A DNA stretch of 64,000 nucleotides, taken from positions 6,278 to 70,277 of the forward strand of contig CAKULV010000002.1 of the NCBI GenBank assembly GCA_934667425.1, in the 5' to 3' direction. Position numbers and translations under genes: made by a program. This DNA is from an uncultured Kiritimatiellota bacterium (GTDB lineage: Bacteria > Verrucomicrobiota > Kiritimatiellia > RFP12 > UBA1067). Position 1 is the first letter of the stretch, and every line of letters starts with the position of its first letter. The notes below the pieces were generated by a model that searched no databases, was not told the DNA's origin, and was given only the letters and a program-made list of their open reading frames with translations. Positions 9,778 to 17,207 of this stretch are shown here, piece after piece.

Positions 9778-9810
9778 TTTCCTTTGCGCAAGGCAATATA
9801 ATATGCGCAA
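9774..9810 (+). promoter_or_regulatory. sigma70-type promoter (TTGATT-17-TATAAT) overlapped by perfect palindrome TTGCGCA-N13-TGCGCAA
   Basis: -35 at 9774-9779 and -10 at 9797-9802. The palindrome half-sites are 9784-9790 and 9804-9810. Confidence 0.55.
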
Positions 9811-9828
9811 GATTTTTTGGAGGTACCG

Positions 9829-10035
9829 ATGTCGAAACCGATAATTGATGAAGATTGCTGCAAGGGATGCGGGCGTTGCGTTTCCGCCTGCATGAAAAAG
9901 TGCCTTGAGATTGCCGCCGACCATCTGAACGCGGCAGGGCTGAAGCCGGTTCGCTATGTCGGAGAGGGGTGCGTCGGGTGCGGAATGTGCTTCTACAATT
10001 GCCCAGAGCCGTATGCCATTCGGGTTGAACGGTGA
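9829..10035 (+). CDS. 2x[4Fe-4S] ferredoxin-type delta subunit of a 2-oxoacid:ferredoxin oxidoreductase
   Basis: GGAGG RBS followed by the ATG at 9829. Two CxxCxxC...CP clusters (CKGCGRCVSAC, CVGCGMCFYNCP). The gene sits directly upstream of the alpha subunit. Confidence 0.7.
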   Translation: MSKPIIDEDCCKGCGRCVSACMKKCLEIAADHLNAAGLKPVRYVGEGCVGCGMCFYNCPEPYAIRVER

Positions 10036-10080
10036 TGCGGGTGGAATGTCCAATTCGCGAAAGTTGAGGCCAGACAAGCT

Positions 10081-11139
10081 ATGACTAAATTCGTTAAGAG
10101 CAATGAAGCTGTTGTGATGGGGGCTCTTTATGCGGGATGCGAGCTGTATTTCGGCTACCCGATAACTCCGGCAAGCGAGATTGCGCATGGTGCGGCCAAA
10201 TGGTTCCCAATGCTCGGGCGCACTTTCGTTCAGGCGGAGTGCGAAACCGCGAGCGTCAACATGATGTTTGGCGCCGCCGCCGCCGGGAAGCTCTGCATGA
10301 CCGCCACTTCCGGCCCCGGATTCTCCCTGATGCAGGAGGGCATCTCCTATCTGGCCGGTGCGGAATTGCCGGCAGTGATAGTCAACGTGAATCGTGCCGG
10401 CCCGGGGCTCGGCAACGTATATCCGGAGCAGAGCGACTACACTCCGGCGGTGAAGGGCGGCGGGCACGGGAACTACAGGACCTTCACGGTGGCCCCGGCA
10501 AGCGCCCAGGAGATGTTCGACCTCACGAGGCTTGCCTTCCGCATGGCGGCGAAGTGGCGCACCCCCGCCGTGGTGTTCGCCGACGGCCTTCAGGGGCAGA
10601 TGATGGAGAGCGTGAGGCTGCCGGACGATGAGGATCCGAAGCCTGACTTTTCCGGCTGGGCCGCACAGGGGGAGCCCAAGACCCGCGGCAATCTCGTGAA
10701 GTCCATATTCCTCGACGCCGCCCAGCAGGAGGAGTTCAACCTTCACCTTCAGAAGAAGTATGCCGATATGGAGGCCGACGCCAAGTCGGAGGCGTACCTT
10801 GCGGAAGATGCCGAGCTGCTGATCGTCGCGTACGGGATCTCTTCGAGAATTGCCCGCACTACCGCCGAGACGCTTCGCGCGGAAGGCATCAAGGCGGGCT
10901 GTTTCCGCCCCATCACATTGAGCCCGTTCCCAAGGAGCGACCTTGAAAGGGTCGCGAAGGGGCGCAAGTTTCTTGTGATCGCGCTTGACGCCGGCCAGTT
11001 CGCCGACGATGTGCGCCTGAACCTCGCAAAGGCGGGGCTCGGCAACGAGGCGGCGTCCCTCCGGCTCATAAACCGCATGGGCGGCCAGGTGGTCGCCGTG
11101 GACGATGCCGTAAAGGCCGCGAAGCGCGTCTTGGCATGA
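10081..11139 (+). CDS. 2-oxoacid:ferredoxin oxidoreductase alpha subunit (VorB/KorA-like)
   Basis: NEAVVMGALYAGCELYFGYPITPASEI...ECETASVNMMFGAAAAG...TSGPGFSLMQE is typical of the alpha subunit. Confidence 0.8.
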   Translation: MTKFVKSNEAVVMGALYAGCELYFGYPITPASEIAHGAAKWFPMLGRTFVQAECETASVNMMFGAAAAGKLCMTATSGPGFSLMQEGISYLAGAELPAVIVNVNRAGPGLGNVYPEQSDYTPAVKGGGHGNYRTFTVAPASAQEMFDLTRLAFRMAAKWRTPAVVFADGLQGQMMESVRLPDDEDPKPDFSGWAAQGEPKTRGNLVKSIFLDAAQQEEFNLHLQKKYADMEADAKSEAYLAEDAELLIVAYGISSRIARTTAETLRAEGIKAGCFRPITLSPFPRSDLERVAKGRKFLVIALDAGQFADDVRLNLAKAGLGNEAASLRLINRMGGQVVAVDDAVKAAKRVLA

Positions 11140-12149
11140 TGTTGCGCCGGCTTCTCATCCTCTCGTCATGCGCACTCTTGCGCACCTTGCCGCTTGAGGC
11201 CGATGCCGGATACAGGTGGCGCATCGAGCCTGTCGGCGAGATCGCAAGGCCAAATGTGCCGGGATCGGCGTCGATGGGCGGCATTGCCTGGGTGTCCAAC
11301 AATGTCTATTGGGCGGTGACGGACTGGAATCCGGTTGTGTGGAAGCTGGAACTGCCCGTGGATTTGCGGAGCGGCAGGCTGTCCGGATGCAGCCTTACCC
11401 GGATGTGCGAGCCGCAGGATGCGGTTGACGTCGAGGCCATTGCGCGCGATCCTACGGACGGATCGGTGTGGGTCGCCGACGAATGTTCATGCCGCATCAC
11501 AAGGCATGATCCGGCGACTGGACGCCGCACGGGGCAGGTGGAGCTTCCTCCGATGATGGATGGCATACATAAGGATCTGGGACTGGAATCGCTGACCATT
11601 AGCGAGGACGGCCTTGTGATGTGGACCTGCACGGAAGAGTCGCTTAAGGCTGACGGCCCGCGTTCCACGAAGGCGCGCGGCTCGGACGTCCGCTTGACGA
11701 AACTCGTCCGCAAGGGCGTTGCCGACCGATGGAAGGTTGCCGGGCAGTGGGTGTACCTGACGGATTCGATTGCCGGAGGTCCTTGGTCCATCAAGGGCGG
11801 GGATGCGTCGCGCAGCGGAGTGTCTGAACTGTGCCTGCTCGAAGACGGGACGCTGCTCGTTCTGGAGCGGGAATTCAGCAAGGTGATCATCCCAAGGCTC
11901 CGTTGCCGCATCTACGAAGTCGATTTCACGTCCGCGACGGATGTCGCCAATGTCGAGTCCATCAAGCAGGCAAGCGGACTCGAGCGAGTGGGGAAGCGTC
12001 TGCTTTTCGAGACAAAGGGGCTTTCCATGTACGAGGGCATGTGTGTAGGACCGAAACTTGCCGATGGCTCTCGGCTTCTTGTGCTTGTCTCTGATGGGGA
12101 CAATCGCACGCTTTGCACGGTGTTTTCGCTTCGCCTCTACAGGCTTTAG
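11136..12149 (+). CDS. secreted beta-propeller protein, 'esterase-like activity of phytase' family-like
   Basis: ATGA overlap with the upstream gene. A signal-like N-terminus is followed by repeated motifs such as WAVTDW, VWVADE and LESLTISEDG. Family assignment is tentative. Confidence 0.5.
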   Translation: MMLRRLLILSSCALLRTLPLEADAGYRWRIEPVGEIARPNVPGSASMGGIAWVSNNVYWAVTDWNPVVWKLELPVDLRSGRLSGCSLTRMCEPQDAVDVEAIARDPTDGSVWVADECSCRITRHDPATGRRTGQVELPPMMDGIHKDLGLESLTISEDGLVMWTCTEESLKADGPRSTKARGSDVRLTKLVRKGVADRWKVAGQWVYLTDSIAGGPWSIKGGDASRSGVSELCLLEDGTLLVLEREFSKVIIPRLRCRIYEVDFTSATDVANVESIKQASGLERVGKRLLFETKGLSMYEGMCVGPKLADGSRLLVLVSDGDNRTLCTVFSLRLYRL

Positions 12150-12299
12150 CTGAAATGGCCGGACAAACCTCAAGCGAAGGACAGGGAGGTTGAATTTGCG
12201 GTTTTCCGATTTGTGGCTGGGATTGCGTCTTGGAATCTTATGATTGTTTGATTTGTATATGTTTTTGTTGAAAATGGGGAGGTGTGCGGAAACGTGGTG

Positions 12300-12308
12300 T
12301 GCTACAAT
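12300..12308 (+). promoter_or_regulatory. extended -10 TGcTACAAT, 8 nt upstream of the uxuA-like ATG (leaderless candidate)
   Basis: Read directly. No Shine-Dalgarno sequence can fit between it and the ATG at 12317. Confidence 0.4.
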
Positions 12309-12316
12309 ACATCCCC

Positions 12317-13318
12317 ATGAAACACGTTGAGTTTGTTCCACCGCGACAGCATCCGCTTTGGAGGCTTTGCCTTCAAATGGGGATTACGGATGTTGTCGTA
12401 AAGGTGAATCCGGCTTTGACGGGGCTTGAGGATCCGTGGAGGATGTCGACTTTGCGCTCTATCGTTGATGGGTTGGCATCCAATGGATTGCGTGTTGTCG
12501 GACTTGAAGGTGACCCGTTTGACATGTCTCCAGTGAAGCGGTATGGCGAAGCTGGCTTTATGCCGGAGATGCGCGACGAGGCGTTGGCGCACTATCGCGA
12601 ACTGATAGAGTCGATGTCCAACCTCGGCATTCGCCTGCTCTGCTACAATTTCATGGTTGGGCCAGGCTGGTCGCGTACTGGTGTGCGCACCGTGCGCGGC
12701 GGAGCTCTTGCAACCTATTTCAGCAAAGCCGAATATGAGGCGGCGTTTGGTCGATCTTGCGGCCTCATCCTTGATCGGGATCAAATATGGTCTAACTACG
12801 AATGCTTTGTCAAGGCGGTGATGCCGACGGCCGAGAGGGTTGGTGTGCGGATGGGGCTTCATCCTGATGATCCGTGCCTGCCGGAGCTTGGCGGCTATGC
12901 GCGAATCTTTGGAACGATAGACGATTATGACAGGGCGTACGCGCTTTATCCAAGCACTTCGAATTCTGTCACATACTGTCAGGCGAACTTCAAGCTCATG
13001 GGTGTAGACCTCATCGAAACTGCGAGGCATTTCGGCAAGCGCATCGCCTTTATACATGTGCGAGATGTAGAGGGCGACAAAACCGACTTCACCGAGCTGT
13101 TCCACGACCAGGGGTCGACCGATCAGTTTGCGCTCATGCGCACTTATCGTGAACTTGGGCTTGACGTTCCCGTTCGTGGCGACCATGTGCCTGAGATGTC
13201 AGGCGATAGGCTCTTTGCGGAAGATTGCGTCCCCGGCTATTTTACGTTGGGACGGTTGTTCGCCAACGGATATCTAAAAGCGCTATTGAAAGGAACAGAA
13301 AATGCCATCACTCGCTAA
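12317..13318 (+). CDS. uxuA: mannonate dehydratase (UxuA)-like TIM-barrel enzyme
   Basis: GLHPDDPCLPELGGYARIFGTIDDYDRAY...SVTYCQANF resembles the UxuA motif HPDDPP...G.PRI. The start was chosen at MKHVEF. The alternative GTG at 12284 has a poorly spaced RBS. Confidence 0.6.
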   Translation: MKHVEFVPPRQHPLWRLCLQMGITDVVVKVNPALTGLEDPWRMSTLRSIVDGLASNGLRVVGLEGDPFDMSPVKRYGEAGFMPEMRDEALAHYRELIESMSNLGIRLLCYNFMVGPGWSRTGVRTVRGGALATYFSKAEYEAAFGRSCGLILDRDQIWSNYECFVKAVMPTAERVGVRMGLHPDDPCLPELGGYARIFGTIDDYDRAYALYPSTSNSVTYCQANFKLMGVDLIETARHFGKRIAFIHVRDVEGDKTDFTELFHDQGSTDQFALMRTYRELGLDVPVRGDHVPEMSGDRLFAEDCVPGYFTLGRLFANGYLKALLKGTENAITR

Positions 13319-14057
13319 CATGCGCACGAAGGCCAAGGAAGCCGGCCTCATGAAGCTCGACAGGCTGATCGCCAAGCGTCAGCACATCCCCACCAACGAC
13401 TTCCCGATTCCGACGAAGGAGCTCTGCGAGCGCTTCGAGAAGCTCTACACGGGCTGCGTGAACGACGTCATGCGCGAGCTCACGCTCCTCGACCAGAACC
13501 TGCCGCACGAGATCATGCCGCTCCGGGACGAGATGGTCGTCTGCGGCGAGGCGTTCACGGTCAAGTCCGCGCCGAACTGCATGATCGAGGGCGAGATGAC
13601 GTTCCGTGCGCAGATGCTGGACGACTTCAAGCCGAACGGCGTCGTCGTGTGGGACACGTCGAACGACGTCGAGGCCTCGCTCTGGGGCGGCGTCATGACG
13701 GCGACGGCGATCTCGAAGGGGATTCGCGGCGCGGTCATCGCCGGCGGCATCCGCGACACGAAGCAGATCCTGGGGCAGCCGTTCCCGGTCTTCTACAAGT
13801 ACCGCGTCTCGAACGGCTCGCTCGGCCGCTGCATGATCACGCACTACCAGGTGCCGGTCAAGATCGGCAAGGTGACGGTGCGCCCCGGCGACATCATCAT
13901 GGGCGACATCGACGGCGTCATCTGCATCCCGCGCGAGATCGCCTACGAGGTGCTGCTGCGTGCCGAGGGCATCGAGCGCAACGAGGTGGACATCTTCTCG
14001 TGGGTGCGCCAGGGCGACACGATCTCGGAGATCATCGACAAGGGCGGGTACTTCTGA
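13302..14057 (+). CDS. RraA / 4-hydroxy-4-methyl-2-oxoglutarate aldolase family protein
   Basis: GEAFTVKSAP...SLWGGVMTATAISKGIRGAVIAGGIRDTKQI is an RraA-fold signature. The alternative start is the ATG at 13320. Confidence 0.7.
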   Translation: MPSLANMRTKAKEAGLMKLDRLIAKRQHIPTNDFPIPTKELCERFEKLYTGCVNDVMRELTLLDQNLPHEIMPLRDEMVVCGEAFTVKSAPNCMIEGEMTFRAQMLDDFKPNGVVVWDTSNDVEASLWGGVMTATAISKGIRGAVIAGGIRDTKQILGQPFPVFYKYRVSNGSLGRCMITHYQVPVKIGKVTVRPGDIIMGDIDGVICIPREIAYEVLLRAEGIERNEVDIFSWVRQGDTISEIIDKGGYF

Positions 14058-14809
14058 TGCTGAAGGACAGGTTTGACCTTCGGGGAAAGACTGCGCTTGT
14101 GACGGGTTCAGCTCGTGGTATAGGCAGAGGCATAGCACTTGCCTACGCCGAGTATGGAGCGAGGGTCATTGTTCATGGCACGAAGTCTTCTCCATGGCTT
14201 GATGAAACGTTGGCCGAAGTCCGGAAACTCAGCCCAGAATCGACATCTGCCTTAGCGGACTTGTCAAAGCCGGATGAGGTCGAGGCGTTGCCGGTCGACA
14301 CCGTTGATATACTCGTCAGTAACGTTTCCGTGCAGGAACGTATGCCGTGGCATGAATTTGACGTCGCCGAAGCGCATCGTGAAATGGAAATCAACTTTTA
14401 CTCCACGATGAGGCTCTTCCAAAAGGTGTATCCGCATATGCGCGATTCTCGGTGGGGGCGAATGATTGTCGTCGGTTCCGTTCAGGAAAGGCGGCCGCAT
14501 CCCATGATGTGTGCCTATGCCGCATCAAAGGGGGCTTTGGAGAACCTTGTCCGCAACATTGCGCGACAGGTCGCGGCTGAGGGCATAACGGTCAACAACC
14601 TATGCCCTGGCGTGTTCCTGACAGATAGGAACAGGGATGCACTCATGAACCGAGAGTATGCGAAGCAGGTGCTGGACACCATTCCGATGCATGACTATGC
14701 TATGCCTGAGGATGCGGCCGGTGCGGCTCTCCTGCTGGCATCTGATGCGGGGCGGTACATCACTGGCTCGACCATACTGATTGATGGCGGGCTATCCCTG
14801 CCGGGCTGA
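14057..14809 (+). CDS. SDR family oxidoreductase (KduD / gluconate 5-dehydrogenase-like)
   Basis: The start shares a base with the upstream stop. GKTALVTGSARGIGRGIA (TGxxxGxG), YAASKGALENL (YxxxK) and PGVFLTD are present. Confidence 0.85.
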   Translation: MLKDRFDLRGKTALVTGSARGIGRGIALAYAEYGARVIVHGTKSSPWLDETLAEVRKLSPESTSALADLSKPDEVEALPVDTVDILVSNVSVQERMPWHEFDVAEAHREMEINFYSTMRLFQKVYPHMRDSRWGRMIVVGSVQERRPHPMMCAYAASKGALENLVRNIARQVAAEGITVNNLCPGVFLTDRNRDALMNREYAKQVLDTIPMHDYAMPEDAAGAALLLASDAGRYITGSTILIDGGLSLPG

Positions 14810-14816
14810 TTGCGGC

Positions 14817-15809
14817 ATGGTTGCCTACGTAGGATGCTACACGGATGACATGAATCCCAATGGGATCCATGTCGTAGATGTAGATCCATTCACTGGCGGA
14901 ATGAGGCTCCTGTCGTCCGTTCGGTTGCAGAACGCCATCTATCAGGCCATTACGCCCGACGAACGGTTTCTGGTGTCGTGCGAACGGGGTGGGCTCGCGG
15001 CATTCCGCATCGTTGGCGATAGCCTTGTCCAGTCGGATCGGCTTCCATTGGGGGGACAATGCATCTGCCATGTCTCCGTAATGCCGGACGGGAGACGCAT
15101 ATGTTGGGCAGACTATCTCGCCGGCGAAGCCGGGAGCGTAGGCTTTGAGGAAGGACTGTTCGAGAAAGACAGCCTGAAGCGCCACCGCCACGACGGGTGC
15201 GGGCCGAATCTTCCGCGTCAGGCGACCGCCCACTGCCATCAGGCGATTCCATTGCCGGATGGTTCGGGCTATGTTGTGGTTGACCTTGGTCTGGATAGGC
15301 TCTCGGTGTATCCTCAGGGGCGGCATTGCCGAACGCTTCCTGCGGGGGCTGGCCCTCGGCATTTGGCGTTTCATCCAAACGGACGTTTCGCCTTTGTGGT
15401 TTCCGAACTTGGCAATCTGCTGTCTGTGTACCGCATGGCGGAAGATTGCGTCTTTTCGTTTCAGTCTTCAGTGTCGACACTTCCCGATGGATGGTCTGGT
15501 GCATCTGCCGCCGCAGCGGTTCGCGTGTCAGCGGATGGTTCGAGGGTGTTCGTGTCAAATCGCGGACATGACTCTATTGCGGCTTTTGGGTTTGACCGAG
15601 CATCAGGGGGGCTTGAGGCGTTGTCTTTCTCCCCGTTGCCGGGGGAGGTGCCGCGAGACTTTGTTCTGCTTCCCGGCGACCGTATGGCTCTTGCGGTACT
15701 TGAACAATCTGGATCGCTTGTATCTCTAAACTGCGATGCCGCCACTGGGCGGCTCATATCGCTCTGTCGCATTGATGGCCTTTGTCGCCCGTCTTCAGTC
15801 ATCGTCTGA
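14817..15809 (+). CDS. 7-bladed beta-propeller lactonase (6-phosphogluconolactonase family)
   Basis: VGCYTDD...GIHVVDVD and HLAFHPNGRFAFVVSELGNLLSVY, together with repeated blade-like segments. Confidence 0.65.
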   Translation: MVAYVGCYTDDMNPNGIHVVDVDPFTGGMRLLSSVRLQNAIYQAITPDERFLVSCERGGLAAFRIVGDSLVQSDRLPLGGQCICHVSVMPDGRRICWADYLAGEAGSVGFEEGLFEKDSLKRHRHDGCGPNLPRQATAHCHQAIPLPDGSGYVVVDLGLDRLSVYPQGRHCRTLPAGAGPRHLAFHPNGRFAFVVSELGNLLSVYRMAEDCVFSFQSSVSTLPDGWSGASAAAAVRVSADGSRVFVSNRGHDSIAAFGFDRASGGLEALSFSPLPGEVPRDFVLLPGDRMALAVLEQSGSLVSLNCDAATGRLISLCRIDGLCRPSSVIV

Positions 15810-16991
15810 AACACCGTGTTTCCGATGGGTCTGCCGATAGCTGCGCATGGAACATCCGTAAACAGACTTGAATGCCTCATTCAGTCGGCAGAGCTTCGAG
15901 AAGTGGCAGTCGCTGGCGATGTTCTCTATCGTGTCCTTTGTCTCAAGCAGACGCTTGCGGACCTCCATTAGGCGATATCGCTTGATGGTGTCGCCGATCG
16001 ATTCTCCCTGTAGTTCGCGGAATCGCAGGTCGGCAAGGCTTCGCGACGTTTTCAGGTGTGTTGCGACGTCACGTGGCTTGATGGCTTCGGACGCATGGGC
16101 CCGGATGAATGCGATTGCTCGCTGGACGAGGCGTCCCGAACATGATACGAGGCTTGTGGATTCCCGTACGATGATTTCCTTGATGCCAACGCGAATGTGT
16201 TCGGGGGTATGTCGCGTATTCCCGTCCATCATGCTGGAGAGCCGTTCGGCAGCAAGATACCCCATCCTGTCGTGGTCTGGCTGGATGGATGTGAGTGTCG
16301 GCATCGTGTTGGTGCAGAGCATTTCATCGTTGTCTACGCCGATGACGGCGACATCGGTTGGGATAGGAATATCGGCCTCATGGCAAGCCTCAACCACCTG
16401 TAGCGCACGATCGTCGAACGCGGCGAAGAGTCCGGCGGGCTTTGGAAGCCGTGCGATCCATTTCGCGAGGTGGGGCAGGTCGTATCCCTTTCCGCGCGTC
16501 GTGTAGCGGTGAACGGGAAGGCCATTCGCCTTCAGTTCGTCAATAAAGGCCTCCCCGCGCAGTTTTCCCCATGTATTCCCTTGCAGATCAGCCACAAATC
16601 CGTATGATCTGAAAAGGCCCTGCGACATCAGGTTTTGTGCGGCGGCTCTGCCGACTTCCCTCGCATCGCCCAAGATGTATACTATATTCTTGGTTCTGCC
16701 GGATAGCAGATCATCATCGTATATGTCGAGTGCGACCGTTGGTATGCTTAGCGTGGCGAGCTCGGCTGCGCCATCCTTTGCCGCCGGCATGGAGTAGACT
16801 ATCCCGTCAATGTTCCTCTCGCTAAAAGATGCGACGAGTTCCCTTGAGAAGTCTTCGCGTATTCGCGTGAATTGGGGCCGCCAGTCGAGTTCATGTTCGT
16901 TAATGTAGCGAAGGAATCCTCCGAACTTGCGGCGACCCGGTTCGCCAGCGAGGTGAAAGGCGACGGCAATGCGCTTGAAAGGCTGCGTCAT
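15795..16991 (-). CDS. XylR-like regulator: sugar-binding (LacI/PBP-like) domain fused to an AraC-type HTH
   Basis: The N-terminal part is a periplasmic-binding-protein fold. The C-terminal part reads HLKTSRSLADLRFRE...IASDCHFSKLCRLNEAFKSVYGCSMRSYR, an AraC HTH. Confidence 0.8.
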   Translation of the reverse strand: MTQPFKRIAVAFHLAGEPGRRKFGGFLRYINEHELDWRPQFTRIREDFSRELVASFSERNIDGIVYSMPAAKDGAAELATLSIPTVALDIYDDDLLSGRTKNIVYILGDAREVGRAAAQNLMSQGLFRSYGFVADLQGNTWGKLRGEAFIDELKANGLPVHRYTTRGKGYDLPHLAKWIARLPKPAGLFAAFDDRALQVVEACHEADIPIPTDVAVIGVDNDEMLCTNTMPTLTSIQPDHDRMGYLAAERLSSMMDGNTRHTPEHIRVGIKEIIVRESTSLVSCSGRLVQRAIAFIRAHASEAIKPRDVATHLKTSRSLADLRFRELQGESIGDTIKRYRLMEVRKRLLETKDTIENIASDCHFSKLCRLNEAFKSVYGCSMRSYRQTHRKHGVSDDD

Positions 16992-17147
16992 GGCGTTTGG
17001 CTCGATCCATTTACTTCATTTCTCATATGCGGACATTATACCAAACTGCGACGCAAATCGGCGCGACGCTTGCGGGACATCAATTTTCGTGTTATTCAAA
17101 ATGGAAGAATGATTGTTGAAAGTGGGATTCATTGCCGATTCGTTCTT

Positions 17148-17156
17148 TTGATATAA
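17148..17156 (+). promoter_or_regulatory. extended -10 TGaTATAAT upstream of the 865-aa secreted protein gene
   Basis: Read directly, in the divergent region shared with the XylR-like regulator. Confidence 0.45.
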
Positions 17157-17207
17157 TCGCCCCCGCAAGGCTGGGAGTGCGAAAACGAAAAAGAAAGGCT
17201 TTTAGGC

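Noticed and set aside
8878-10746. 622-aa minus-strand ORF across the GT4, ferredoxin and OFOR-alpha genes
   Set aside because: It crosses three independently well-supported plus-strand genes and an obvious promoter region, and it has no motifs. It is a shadow ORF.
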